From an uncultured candidatus Porisulfidus sp. (GTDB lineage Bacteria > Pseudomonadota > Gammaproteobacteria > Poriferisulfidales > Poriferisulfidaceae): a stretch of DNA of 64,000 bases. The stretch is from the NCBI GenBank assembly GCA_965204575.1, contig OZ241993.1:1568001-1632000 (forward strand). Reading direction: 5' to 3'. Every line of letters starts with the position of its first letter. Position 1 is the first letter of the stretch. Positions 21,558 to 32,771 of the stretch are shown here, one piece after another. A model generated the notes under the pieces. It was not told where the DNA came from. It saw nothing but the letters and a program-made list of their open reading frames with translations, and ran no database searches. A program made the position numbers and the translations under genes.

Positions 21558-22457
21558 TCAATCCGCATAGTAGTAGTCGTAGCGCCTCAGCAGGTCCAGC
21601 GAAAACTCCCAGCCCTCCTGATAGGTCAGGTTGCTGTCCATCGGGATCACGATCCGGACGAACAACTTGTTCCCGTGTTCCTCTTTGAGTCGCGACAGGG
21701 CCTGGTGCATTTCTTCCTGACCGACGGGTTCGAATTGCTCGGCGTCCGGGAACTTGAGCATGAACAACGGCTGCCCCTCCACCTTCATGTAGCGAACGGC
21801 CGTGACCACCTTGCCCATGGGGCTGCGGGCCGGCTTGGACAATGCGGCGTATTTCTCGCCCATCTCCTCGTACTCTTTCTGCAGGAGTTCCAGCTCCTCC
21901 CGAGTCTGCCGCTGCTGTTTCTCAACCTCGACGTACATCTGCTCGCGCAATACGTTTTCGTCCCGCATCTTCTCCAATTGCTGCTGTACTTCGAGCAATT
22001 CCTGCTCGCGCTCCGCGCTCACGTCCTGGCTCATCCTCATCTCCGTCTGTACGCGCGCATATTCCTCCTGCATGTCCATCAACTGTATCTGCTGCTCGGC
22101 CAACGCGCCCTGCGCACCGGCCAGGTCTTCCTCCCGCTGTTCCAACTGCCCGGTCTTGGCTTCCAGTGCCTCGCGGGTTTTTCCCATGCGGCCCTGCATC
22201 TCTTCCAACTCGAGTTGAAGCAGCATGCGGCGCAGGTTCAGGTCTTCCGCCCTTTCCCTGGCCTGCCGCTCGAGTGCGACCGTTTCCTGAACCTGTCTGG
22301 ACAGGTCCCAGTTGTGCAGCACGGCGACCGTGCTGGACATCAGGAACACGATGACCACGACCATCATGATGTCGGTGAAGGACGGCCAGAAGTTCTCCTC
22401 GTTGATCGAGGAGAGATGGGAGGCGTAGTCGGGAAACGAGGATTGGCCGCCGATCAT
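21558..22457 (-). CDS. MotB/ExbD-like membrane protein with long coiled coil (hypothetical)
   Basis: EENFWPSFTDIMM plus TM with Asp; about 150-aa Glu/Gln-rich coiled coil; small C-terminal domain; no OmpA motif. Confidence 0.7.
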   Translation of the reverse strand: MIGGQSSFPDYASHLSSINEENFWPSFTDIMMVVVIVFLMSSTVAVLHNWDLSRQVQETVALERQARERAEDLNLRRMLLQLELEEMQGRMGKTREALEAKTGQLEQREEDLAGAQGALAEQQIQLMDMQEEYARVQTEMRMSQDVSAEREQELLEVQQQLEKMRDENVLREQMYVEVEKQQRQTREELELLQKEYEEMGEKYAALSKPARSPMGKVVTAVRYMKVEGQPLFMLKFPDAEQFEPVGQEEMHQALSRLKEEHGNKLFVRIVIPMDSNLTYQEGWEFSLDLLRRYDYYYAD

Positions 22458-22462
22458 GGTCC

Positions 22463-23383
22463 TTACTGGTCCAACCGGAACCCCTTCATCAGGGTCTTGT
22501 CGATGCTTTGCAGCGCTTCCATCAACTTCTTGCTGTGTTCGTTCTGCACGTGCCGCTCGTGGCGCATGGCTTCAAGGTGCGGAGCCAGGCGGTCCTGGAC
22601 TTCCGCCAAGGCAATGGCCACTTCGTTGAGGTCCTTCAGCCTGAGCGCCAAGGTGTGGGCCAGGTTTCCTCCTTCCCGTGACACCAGTGGCAGTAGCCGG
22701 CGCAAGGTCAACATCTCGATCTGCTGGCACACGCTGGACTGGCTCGCCACCAGCCGGGAAAAGATGAGCGTCAGCACCAAGTAGGCTGCAATAGCGGTCA
22801 TCGTGGTGGAAAGCGCGGTCGCCATCCCGTGGACCACCAGGCCGATGCCGCCTCCATTCTGCGGGAAGGACAGCAGGTCGGAAGCCCCAACCAGGGCCAA
22901 GGACAGCGATGCGACCGTCCCGAACACGCCGAGCAGGATCAGCAAGCTCTGTATCAAGCGGATCAGGCCGAGACGCGTCATCTCCTGGTTCAGCAGGATG
23001 GCCGACAGGGCCGCCTGCTGGGGGCGGTCCAGTTCCGATCGACCCTGCTGCAGGACGCGGTAACGCTGTACGATCAGGGATTCGGACAGGCCTTCGATGC
23101 CGGCCTCGGTCAGGCCGAAATCCACCTGCTCCTCGAACAGGGCAATGGTGCGGCTCTCGTGAGTGTAGGCGAACAACAGGTAGAAAACCCGAGCCAACGC
23201 CACCAGAAACAACACCCCGATGATGCCGTTGACGACCATGCCGAGTTGCGTCGCCAAGGGTCCCAAGTAGACTTCTTCCAGGGTCGCCCTTTGCCAGTAC
23301 AACAAGGCGGCGAACAGGAGCAGCGCGATGCCCGCCTGCAGTATCATGAAGTTCGGGCGGCTTGTAAAAATCTTTTGAATCAT
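22463..23383 (-). CDS. MotA/TolQ/ExbB proton-channel family protein
   Basis: LILLGVFGTV and GMATALSTT TM motifs; four hydrophobic segments. Confidence 0.82.
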   Translation of the reverse strand: MIQKIFTSRPNFMILQAGIALLLFAALLYWQRATLEEVYLGPLATQLGMVVNGIIGVLFLVALARVFYLLFAYTHESRTIALFEEQVDFGLTEAGIEGLSESLIVQRYRVLQQGRSELDRPQQAALSAILLNQEMTRLGLIRLIQSLLILLGVFGTVASLSLALVGASDLLSFPQNGGGIGLVVHGMATALSTTMTAIAAYLVLTLIFSRLVASQSSVCQQIEMLTLRRLLPLVSREGGNLAHTLALRLKDLNEVAIALAEVQDRLAPHLEAMRHERHVQNEHSKKLMEALQSIDKTLMKGFRLDQ

Positions 23384-23480
23384 GGCGTTAGCGATGAAAT
23401 TGTCGTTCGCTTCCAGCCCTCCTTAGGCCGGGGAAGTATATCAGAACGGCTTGTTTTCATGCTGGTTTTTCGGGGGAATG

Positions 23481-23782
23481 TGGTGCGGGCGGAGGGATTC
23501 GAACCCCCACGGGCAAAGCCCAGCGGATTTTCGCACCAGCTACGGCTTTCGCCGCCGCCGCTGTGCGGCGTTTGTGGTCCGGACTATCCCTTCACCTTAG
23601 CCATCCGGCCTTAGGCGCTGCCCGTCTAGTCTCTACACCTTCCCGGAAATTCCTTCCCAGGCTTGGCTCGGGATCGCCATTTGACAGGGTTCCCCGAATT
23701 TGAGCAGTTCTACATCCCCGGTTTCCCGGGGAGCACTCAAAAGCCTCAAGTCCGCAGCGTCTACCGGTTCCGCCACGCCCGC
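23481..23782 (-). tRNA. leuZ: tRNA-Leu(UAA), intron-containing (exons 23748-23782 and 23481-23531)
   Basis: Joined exons give an 86-nt cloverleaf: acceptor GCGGGCG/CGCCCGC-ACCA, anticodon arm GCGGA-CTT^AAAA-TCCGC, long variable arm and GTTCGAATC; third gene of a Gly-Cys-Leu operon. Confidence 0.93.
23532..23747 (-). ncRNA. Group I self-splicing intron (IC3 / trnL-type), 216 nt, no ORF
   Basis: The 5' exon ends in U pairing with GAGU (U.G wobble); core elements AAATTCGGGGAA, ATCCCGAGCC, GTGTAGAGACTAGACGG and AAGGGATAGTCC; terminal G. Confidence 0.92.
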
Positions 23783-23819
23783 AACGCGCCCATCATAGTA
23801 CATAGGGAGTGGAGATTGA

Positions 23820-23893
23820 TGGAGGCTGAGGTCGGAATCGAACCGGCGTCCACGGCTTTGCAGGCCGCTGCATAACCACTCTGCCACTCAGCC
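23820..23893 (-). tRNA. cysT: tRNA-Cys(GCA)
   Basis: GGCTGAGTGGCAGAGTGG...GCGGC-CTGCAAA-GCCGT...GGTTCGATTCC...CTCAGCCTCCA, 74 nt. Confidence 0.96.
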
Positions 23894-23907
23894 CCAAAGC
23901 AAGGAAC

Positions 23908-23983
23908 TGGAGCGGGAAACCGGGTTCGAACCGGCGACCTTAACCTTGGCAAGGTTACGCTCTACCAACTGAGCTATTCCCGC
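23908..23983 (-). tRNA. glyW: tRNA-Gly(GCC)
   Basis: GCGGGAATAGCTCAGTTGGTAGAGC...TAACC-TTGCCAA-GGTTA...GGTTCGAACCC...TTCCCGCTCCA, 76 nt. Confidence 0.97.
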
Positions 23984-23996
23984 TCCGCGCGGCAGA

Positions 23997-24025
23997 ATTG
24001 TCGCACCCCCACCCGGGGCTGTCAA
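23997..24025 (-). promoter_or_regulatory. Sigma70 promoter of the tRNA operon
   Basis: TTGACA-17 bp-GACAAT followed by a GC-rich discriminator just upstream of tRNA-Gly. Confidence 0.75.
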
Positions 24026-24170
24026 ATGAAAAGGCAAAAAAACCCGGGAGCAGTCGCATCGATCTTCGACTTCGGAGCCAATTAATTCCGTTTCTGTTAA
24101 AATTGCCCGGTTAGCCTTTCCGGGTTCGCGATTTCGCGTCGCGCCGGGCAAGGTTGCCCTAATCAATGAG

Positions 24171-25490
24171 ATGAGGAACTCTCAAGTGGATCGAGAAAAA
24201 CAGATTGAAGCCCTACAGAAAGACTGGGATAGCAACCCTCGCTGGAGCGACGTACGTCGCGGCTACACAGCGGAAGATGTCGTGCGCCTGCGCGGCTCGC
24301 GCGTGCCTGCCAACACCACCGCGACGGAAGGTGCCGAGAAGCTCTGGCGCCTGGTCAACGGCGAGGCGCGCAAGGGTTACGTTAACTGCCTCGGCGCCCT
24401 GACCGGCGGCCAGGCGGTGCAGCAGGTCAAGGCTGGCATCGAGGCCATCTACCTGTCCGGCTGGCAGGTTGCTGCTGACGCCAACACATCCGAAACCATG
24501 TACCCGGACCAGTCCCTGTACGCCTACGATTCGGTGCCGACCGTGGTACGCCGCATCAATAACGCGTTCAAGCGCGCGGACGAGATCCAGTGGTCGCGCG
24601 GCACCAATCCCGGCGATGAGGAATTCGTCGACTATTTCGCCCCGATCGTGGCCGATGCCGAGGCCGGGTTCGGCGGCGTGCTCAACGCCTTCGAGCTGAT
24701 GAAAAACATGATCAACAACGGTGCCGCCGGGGTCCACTACGAGGACCAGCTGGCCGCCGTCAAGAAGTGCGGCCACATGGGCGGAAAAGTGCTGGTGCCG
24801 ACCCAGGAGGCGGTCCAGAAACTGGTCGCGGCCCGGCTGGCCGCCGACGTCATGGGCGTCCCCACCGTGGTACTGGCGCGCACCGATGCGGAAGCCGCCA
24901 ACCTCGTGACCTCCGACTTCGACGAGAACGACAAGCCTTTCCTGACCGGCGAGCGGACCTCCGAAGGGTTCTACCGTGTGCGCAACGGCCTCGACCAAGC
25001 AATCTCGCGCGGCCTGGCGTACGCGCCTTACGCGGACCTAGTCTGGTGCGAGACCGGCACGCCGGATCTGGAATTCGCCGGGGCGTTCGCGGAAGCCCTG
25101 CGCAAGGAGTACCCAAATCAGCTGCTGGCTTACAACTGCTCCCCCTCCTTCAACTGGCGGAAGAACCTGGACGACGCGACGATCGCGAAGTTCCAGCGCG
25201 AGCTGTCGGCGATGGGCTATAAATACCAGTTCATCACCCTGGCCGGCATCCACAGCATGTGGTACAACATGTTCGACCTTGCCTACGACTACGCGGGCGA
25301 GGAAGGCATGAAGCATTACGTGGAGAAAGTCCAGGAGCCGGAGTTCGCTTCGGCAGACCGGGGCTACACGTTCGTCAGCCACCAGCAGGAGGTCGGGGCC
25401 GGCTACTTCGATGACGTGACCACCGTCATCCAGGGCGGGCAGTCTTCCGTCACGGCACTGACCGGGTCCACTGAAGAAGAGCAGTTCTGA
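24171..25490 (+). CDS. aceA: Isocitrate lyase
   Basis: [19 protein letters not shown] and [10 protein letters not shown] motifs. Confidence 0.98.
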   Translation: MRNSQVDREKQIEALQKDWDSNPRWSDVRRGYTAEDVVRLRGSRVPANTTATEGAEKLWRLVNGEARKGYVNCLGALTGGQAVQQVKAGIEAIYLSGWQVAADANTSETMYPDQSLYAYDSVPTVVRRINNAFKRADEIQWSRGTNPGDEEFVDYFAPIVADAEAGFGGVLNAFELMKNMINNGAAGVHYEDQLAAVKKCGHMGGKVLVPTQEAVQKLVAARLAADVMGVPTVVLARTDAEAANLVTSDFDENDKPFLTGERTSEGFYRVRNGLDQAISRGLAYAPYADLVWCETGTPDLEFAGAFAEALRKEYPNQLLAYNCSPSFNWRKNLDDATIAKFQRELSAMGYKYQFITLAGIHSMWYNMFDLAYDYAGEEGMKHYVEKVQEPEFASADRGYTFVSHQQEVGAGYFDDVTTVIQGGQSSVTALTGSTEEEQF

Positions 25491-25513
25491 CGGCCCTCGG
25501 CCAAGGGTGCGGC

Positions 25514-26857
<1,344 letters not shown>

Positions 26858-26901
26858 CGCGGGTCTTGCTATAATTGTTATTCCCCGATCACGGCAGTGT
26901 C

Positions 26902-27234
26902 ATGCAAGAACCAGAGCCGATCTACAAAGTGATTTTCTTCTCCAACGGGGAAATCTACGAGATCTACGCGGAGCACGTCTACTCCTCCGACCTGTATGGC
27001 TTCATCGTCATCGAGGGAATCATTTTCGGCGAGAAAGCGAAAGTGGTGGTCGACCCGAGTGAAGAACGGCTGAAGGCCGAGTTTGAGTCCGTCCCTCGGA
27101 CCTATATCCCGATGCACTCGGTCATGCGCATCGACGAGGTGGAGAAAGCGGGAACCGGCGAAATCCGCAAGGCCGAAGGAAACGTCACGTACCTGCCCCC
27201 GATGGCGGGAACGGGCGACATCCAGAAAGCCTGA
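26902..27234 (+). CDS. DUF1820-family protein
   Basis: IYKVIF..GEIYEIYA, VVVDPSEERLKAEF and IPMHSVMRIDEVEK motifs. Confidence 0.8.
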   Translation: MQEPEPIYKVIFFSNGEIYEIYAEHVYSSDLYGFIVIEGIIFGEKAKVVVDPSEERLKAEFESVPRTYIPMHSVMRIDEVEKAGTGEIRKAEGNVTYLPPMAGTGDIQKA

Positions 27235-27255
27235 GGCTTCCACCGGAGGGATCCC

Positions 27256-27346
<91 letters not shown>

Positions 27347-27485
27347 GATCTTGCGGTCGGCTAATGACCTCATCTGAAACCTTGAAACAGCCTGATGTCG
27401 CCATGATTCCTATCCAGATCGACCCCCTCAAACCGACTAAATAACAAGACGAAAATTATCCGAACGGGGTATACTTTCCGGGATT

Positions 27486-28835
27486 ATGCCTTCTCTGTCT
27501 CGCGTCGCGCCCGTACTCCCGCTTGCAGCCATCCTCACCCTGCCCGCCTGGGCGGCGTTCCCTTGGGAAGGCAGCGAGGATTCGCTGCCTTCGCTGGCCC
27601 CGATGCTCGAAAAAACCGTGCCGGCGGTCGTCAATATCTCCACCGCCCACGAAGAGGTGGTGCGCACGGGCCCGTTGTTCCGAGACCCTTTCTTCCAGCA
27701 TTTTTTCGGCCTGCCCGGCCAACAGACCCGGAAACGGGTGCGACGAGGCCTCGGCACCGGCGTGATCCTGGATGCGGAAAAAGGCCATGTCGTCACCAAC
27801 CATCACCTGATCGCGCGAGCCGATGACATCACGGTGGCCCTGAGCGACGGGCGTGAAGTCAAGGCCGAATTGATCGGCTCGGACAGCGAAACGGACGTGG
27901 CCATGCTGCGTATCGAGACCGGGGACCTGACCAGCCTGCCATTCGCCGATCCCGAGCAACTTCGAGTCGGCGATTTCGTCGTGGCGATCGGCAATCCTTT
28001 CGGCTTAGGCCAGACCGTAACTTCCGGGATCGTCAGCGCGCTGGGCCGCAGCGGCGTATTCGACAACTACGGCTACGAGGACTTCATCCAGACCGACGCC
28101 TCTATCAACCCCGGAAATTCCGGCGGCGCCCTGGTGAACTTGCGCGGTGAACTGGTCGGCATCAATACCGCGATCCTGAGCCGGTCCGGCGGCAATATCG
28201 GGATCGGTTTCGCGATCCCCATCCACATGGTGCTACAGGTGGCCGACCAGTTGACCGAATTCGGCCAGGTACAGCGCGGCCAACTCGGGGTACAGGCTCA
28301 AGCCATGACCCCGGAACTGACGGAAGCATTCGGCCTCAAACAAACTGAGGGCGTCGTCATCACCGAAGTGGTGGAAGGATCCCCGGCCGACCAAGCCGGA
28401 ATTGTCCCGGGAGACATTCTGGTGCGCATTGATGGAGAAGAGATCCGTGATGTCAAGGACATGCGCAATGTGCTGGGCCTGCTGCGTGCTGGCCGAGAAG
28501 TGGAGATTGAACTGCTCCGCGGCCGCGAGACCGTAACCGTCCGCGCGGCGACCGCGACCCTGCGCATCGACGGGGCCAATCTCCACTCGGCCCTGGCCGG
28601 GCTGACGCTGTCGACCCAGCGGGATGCCGAGACGACGTTCGTCGAAATCGTCAAGGCCGAGCCCGGTTATCCTGCCACGCAAGCCGGAATTCGCGCCGGC
28701 GACCGGTTGCGTTCCGTCAACCGCCGCCCCGTGAAGAGCGTGGAGGATGTCCGCGCCACCATCAACCGGGGTTCCGCTCAAGTGCTGCTTCAGGTCCAGC
28801 GCGGAACACGCAGCCAGTTCATTTTGCTGCCCTGA
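27486..28835 (+). CDS. Do-family (DegQ/DegP) serine endopeptidase with two PDZ domains
   Basis: Signal peptide; TNHH, DVA and INPGNSGG catalytic triad motifs; two PDZ domains. Confidence 0.93.
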   Translation: MPSLSRVAPVLPLAAILTLPAWAAFPWEGSEDSLPSLAPMLEKTVPAVVNISTAHEEVVRTGPLFRDPFFQHFFGLPGQQTRKRVRRGLGTGVILDAEKGHVVTNHHLIARADDITVALSDGREVKAELIGSDSETDVAMLRIETGDLTSLPFADPEQLRVGDFVVAIGNPFGLGQTVTSGIVSALGRSGVFDNYGYEDFIQTDASINPGNSGGALVNLRGELVGINTAILSRSGGNIGIGFAIPIHMVLQVADQLTEFGQVQRGQLGVQAQAMTPELTEAFGLKQTEGVVITEVVEGSPADQAGIVPGDILVRIDGEEIRDVKDMRNVLGLLRAGREVEIELLRGRETVTVRAATATLRIDGANLHSALAGLTLSTQRDAETTFVEIVKAEPGYPATQAGIRAGDRLRSVNRRPVKSVEDVRATINRGSAQVLLQVQRGTRSQFILLP

Positions 28836-28837
28836 CC

Positions 28838-30673
28838 ATGACTCCCGCCACCCAGAAAGGCGATCTTCACCGCAGTGCCGCCCAGACCCACCAGCGGTTG
28901 CGCTTGCTGGTCGGTTTCGGAAGCCTGTTGTTGTTGCTGTTACTGCTGCGGATCGGCTGGATGCAGACGATTCACACCGCGCACTTCACTGCGTTGTCAA
29001 CGAAAAACCACCTGCGCCAGATTCCCCTTCCTCCTCCGCGCGGCCTGATCTTCGACCGCCACGGCACCCTGCTCGCGGATAACAGCGTCGAATACAGCCT
29101 GAGCCTGGTTCCTTCCCAAGTTGACGACCTGGATGCCACGATTTCAAAATTGCGGGAACTGGCCGACATCCATGACCGGGAAGTCCAGCGATTCCAGCAA
29201 CACGATCAAAGCAGTAAATTTGAAACGACTCCACTCAAGATCGATCTGTCGGAAGAGACGATCGCACGCATCGCCGTGCAATTGCACCAGTTGCCGAGTG
29301 TTTACCTGGAGGCCTATGCCGTACGCCGCTACACGTACGGCGAATCAACGGCTCATGTACTCGGCCACCTGGCCAGCATCAGCAAGAAAGACCGGGAACG
29401 CATTGATTTACACCGTTACCGGGGAACCCGGAGGATCGGTCGGGTCGGGATCGAGCATCAATATGAATCTCTTCTGCTCGGGATCCCCGGCCTGCAACAA
29501 GCTGAAATCAATGCACAGGGCCGTTCCCTGATGGTGCACGACCGCAAGGCGCCCACCCCCGGCAGCAACCTGGTGCTTACGCTGGATGCCGGCCTGCAGC
29601 GGGTGGCAAGCGACGCCATGGCTGGACGGGAAGGTGCAATCGTCGCCCTTGAACCCTCAACTGGCGATATTCTGGCATTGGTCAGCACGCCCAGTTTCGA
29701 CCCGGACGTGTTCGGGCACAGCATTGATCCCGGCGACTACCAGAACTTGATCCGGGACGCGAAAAATCCGCTTCTCAATCGCGCCATCCAGGGGCAGTAT
29801 GCGCCGGGCTCCACCATCAAGCCCTTTGTCGCCCTCGCCGGGCTCGAGTCTGGCCACGCCATCCCGGACAAACAATTTTTCGCCGCCCCCCAATTCAAGA
29901 TCCCGAACTATCGCCGCCCTTTCCGGGATTGGAAGGACGAGGGTCACGGCTGGGTCACGGTCAGTTCCTCGATCACCCAGTCCTGCGACGTTTACTTTTA
30001 CTCGCTGGCCTACCGCATGGGGATCGAGGCACTAGAACCTTTCCTGGCGCAATTCGGGCTCGGCCAGACCCAGCAACTCGACCTGCCCGGAGAACGCGCC
30101 GGGCTGCTTCCCAACGAAACATGGAAGCAACAGATGTACGGGCAACCCTGGTACCCGGGCGAAACCGTCATCATGGGCATCGGTCAGGGATACCTGCTGC
30201 TGACGCCTTTGCAACTTGCCACTGCAACCGCGGCGCTGGCGACCCGCGGCATCCGCATGAAGCCGCGCCTGCTGCGCGCCTACGAACAGGATGGAGAGAT
30301 CATCGAGAACCCGCCGGAAGAACTCGGGCGCGTGACGCTCTCCAACCCGGCCTGGTGGGACCTGGTCACGAACGCCATGGTGGATGTGGTTCACGCCGAG
30401 AACGGAACCGCCCGGCGCTCTGGACTGGATGCGCCATATCGCATCGCAGGCAAGACCGGAACCGCACAGGTCATCAACTACGGCGAAAAACGCCCTGATT
30501 CCGAAGACCTCCCCGAACATATCCGCGACCATTCCCTGTTCATCGCTTTCGCCCCCGCCGAAGCACCGGAAATCGCCCTTGCGGTCATTGTCGAACATGG
30601 GGGCCACGGCTCCACCATGGCCGCGCCCATCGCCCGCCGGCTCCTGGACGCCTACCTCTTGAGATCCTTGTAA
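28838..30673 (+). CDS. mrdA: Penicillin-binding protein 2
   Basis: PPRGLIFDR, STIK, SCD and KTGTAQV motifs. Confidence 0.95.
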   Translation: MTPATQKGDLHRSAAQTHQRLRLLVGFGSLLLLLLLLRIGWMQTIHTAHFTALSTKNHLRQIPLPPPRGLIFDRHGTLLADNSVEYSLSLVPSQVDDLDATISKLRELADIHDREVQRFQQHDQSSKFETTPLKIDLSEETIARIAVQLHQLPSVYLEAYAVRRYTYGESTAHVLGHLASISKKDRERIDLHRYRGTRRIGRVGIEHQYESLLLGIPGLQQAEINAQGRSLMVHDRKAPTPGSNLVLTLDAGLQRVASDAMAGREGAIVALEPSTGDILALVSTPSFDPDVFGHSIDPGDYQNLIRDAKNPLLNRAIQGQYAPGSTIKPFVALAGLESGHAIPDKQFFAAPQFKIPNYRRPFRDWKDEGHGWVTVSSSITQSCDVYFYSLAYRMGIEALEPFLAQFGLGQTQQLDLPGERAGLLPNETWKQQMYGQPWYPGETVIMGIGQGYLLLTPLQLATATAALATRGIRMKPRLLRAYEQDGEIIENPPEELGRVTLSNPAWWDLVTNAMVDVVHAENGTARRSGLDAPYRIAGKTGTAQVINYGEKRPDSEDLPEHIRDHSLFIAFAPAEAPEIALAVIVEHGGHGSTMAAPIARRLLDAYLLRSL

Positions 30674-31779
30674 TGGCGCCGCGCTTTTACACTTCTGCCG
30701 TGTCCAGGCTGGTGGAACCACTGGATCGTACCCTGCTGGCATTGCTCTTGGCGGTCCTGGCGCTCAGCCTGACGATTCAGTACAGCGCCAACGACATGAG
30801 TCTTCAAGCGACCCAGCAGCATGCCATTCGAATCGGAATCGGCCTGCTCGCGCTTCTGGTCATGGCGCACATCACCCCGCAACGCCTGAGGCGATGGGCC
30901 CCTGCCTTGTTCCTGCTCAACCTGCTGCTGCTGGTGGCCGTCATATTCTATGGCAGCGGCAGCACCGCCCAGCGCTGGCTGTCGTACGGTCCGATTGCCC
31001 TCCAACCGTCCGAACTCCTCAAACTCACCATTCCCATGATCGTGGCCTACATCCTGGGGCCCTCCCTGCCGCCCCTGTCCTCTCTCCGCGTCAGTTTGGC
31101 CTTGGGGCTGGTGGCCCTCGCGACCTGGCTGGTTGCGATCCAGCCGGACCTGGGCACGGCGCTTCTGGTCTCCGCGATCGGGGTCTCGGTCACCCTGCTG
31201 GCCGGGATTTCAAGGCGGTGGATTCTCGGCCTGGGAGCACTGTCCGGCATCAGCCTGCCGTTCGTGTGGCAGTACGCCTTGCGCGAATACCAGAAAGACC
31301 GGATCCGGATCTTCTTCAACCCGGAGGCCGACCCGCTCGGCAGCGGCTACAACGTCATCCAGTCCAAGATCGCCGTCGGCTCCGGCGGCCTCTCCGGCAA
31401 GGGCTGGACCCAAAGTACCCAGGCGCAGTTCAATTTCCTGCCGGAGCACTCCACCGATTTCATCTTTTCCGTCTACGCCGAGGAATTCGGCCTGATCGGG
31501 GTGGCCCTGCTGATCATCCTGTACCTGGCGATCCTGTGGCGGGTGGTGGCTCTGAGTCGAGCCGGACCGGACCGATTCAGCCAGCTGCTGATCGGCGGGC
31601 TCGGCCTGTCCCTGCTCATGCATGTCCTGATCAACATCGCGATGACTGTCGGCTATGCCCCCGTGACCGGGTCGCCGCTGCCTCTGCTAAGCTATGGGGG
31701 AAGCGCCATGATCAGCACTCTGGCCGCATTCGGTATGATGATGGCGACCCGGCATTACGCCCACGCGCGTCACAAATAA
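30673..31779 (+). CDS. mrdB: Rod shape-determining protein RodA
   Basis: QPSE, QPDLGT, QSKIAVGSGG, PEHSTDFIF and SYGGS motifs. Confidence 0.95.
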   Translation: MAPRFYTSAVSRLVEPLDRTLLALLLAVLALSLTIQYSANDMSLQATQQHAIRIGIGLLALLVMAHITPQRLRRWAPALFLLNLLLLVAVIFYGSGSTAQRWLSYGPIALQPSELLKLTIPMIVAYILGPSLPPLSSLRVSLALGLVALATWLVAIQPDLGTALLVSAIGVSVTLLAGISRRWILGLGALSGISLPFVWQYALREYQKDRIRIFFNPEADPLGSGYNVIQSKIAVGSGGLSGKGWTQSTQAQFNFLPEHSTDFIFSVYAEEFGLIGVALLIILYLAILWRVVALSRAGPDRFSQLLIGGLGLSLLMHVLINIAMTVGYAPVTGSPLPLLSYGGSAMISTLAAFGMMMATRHYAHARHK

Positions 31780-31793
31780 AGCGAGGAGCCTGC

Positions 31794-32771
31794 ATGATAT
31801 TCAGAAATCGCTGGCTTTTGCTGTGTCTTCTGCCGGGCTGTGCCCTGGCAAGCGAAAACCCCGTCCCGTACATTGAACGCCCCGAGGTCCGCGCCTGGGC
31901 CGAACAGGTCGTGAACGAGCACGGCCTGTCCTTCGAACGCATCCACAAGCTGATCGCGGAGTGCCAGCGCCAAGCCCAAGTCATTGCCAGCGCTCAACGC
32001 CCCGCCGAATCCAAGCCCTGGCACTGGTACCGGAATATTTTCCTCACCAGCGACCGCATTCGCCGGGGGCGCACCTATCTCAGGGAACATGCCGACCTGC
32101 TCGGGGAAGCGGAGCGCGCCTACCAAGTGCCAGCCGAAGTAATCACCGCCATTATTGCAGCCGAATCCAATTTCGGGCGCAATACCGGAGCGCACCCGGT
32201 GCTGGATACCTTGGTGACCTTGGGGTTCGACTACCCGCCTCGCGGGGAATTCTTCCGCCAGCAGTTGGAGCAATTGTTCCTGCTGGAACGCGAAGCCGGG
32301 CTGGACATCCAGAACCTGCGCGGCTCATGGGCCGGCGCGCTCGGACAGGCCCAGTTCATTCCCAGCAGCTACCGGCATTTCGCCGTCGACGGCGATCGCG
32401 ACGGCCGGCGCGACCTGTGGGACAGCCCGGCCGACATCATATTCAGCATCGCGAACTACTTCCAGAAGCATCACTGGCGCCCGGACGAACCGGTCGCGGA
32501 ACTGATTCACCCCGAAAACCCCAATCAGGTTCCGCTGAGCAAGGCCCTGCTTCCGGATATCCCGTCGGAACGATTGGCCGCATCCGGAATCATGCTGCAG
32601 AACCCGACCGCCGAACCGGTGGCCGTGCACAGATTCGAGAACTCTAAATCACCCGAATATTGGGTCGGCTATCACAACTTTTACGTCATCACGCGTTACA
32701 ACCACAGCGCCCTGTACGCGCTGATGATCCACCAGTTGAGCCAGGCCCTGAAGAATGATCCGGGGCTCTGA
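31794..32771 (+). CDS. mltB: Lytic murein transglycosylase B
   Basis: GAGGAG RBS before ATG 31794; ESNFG, GSWAGALGQAQFIPSSY, EF-hand DGDRDG and ITRYNHS motifs. Confidence 0.93.
   Translation: MIFRNRWLLLCLLPGCALASENPVPYIERPEVRAWAEQVVNEHGLSFERIHKLIAECQRQAQVIASAQRPAESKPWHWYRNIFLTSDRIRRGRTYLREHADLLGEAERAYQVPAEVITAIIAAESNFGRNTGAHPVLDTLVTLGFDYPPRGEFFRQQLEQLFLLEREAGLDIQNLRGSWAGALGQAQFIPSSYRHFAVDGDRDGRRDLWDSPADIIFSIANYFQKHHWRPDEPVAELIHPENPNQVPLSKALLPDIPSERLAASGIMLQNPTAEPVAVHRFENSKSPEYWVGYHNFYVITRYNHSALYALMIHQLSQALKNDPGL

Noticed and set aside
21558-23383. Zorya anti-phage system
   Set aside because: No zorC/D/E genes, no long ZorA tail, and no OmpA domain in the B subunit.
27375-27410. Sigma32-like promoter (CTTGAAA...CGCCAT) before the Do protease gene
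   Set aside because: The spacer is about 11 bp, shorter than consensus.
30894-31793. 625-aa ORF resembling an extended MltB (likewise the 540-aa ORF before lipA)
   Set aside because: These are off-frame overlaps of rodA and lipB; real starts are at 31794 and 36274.
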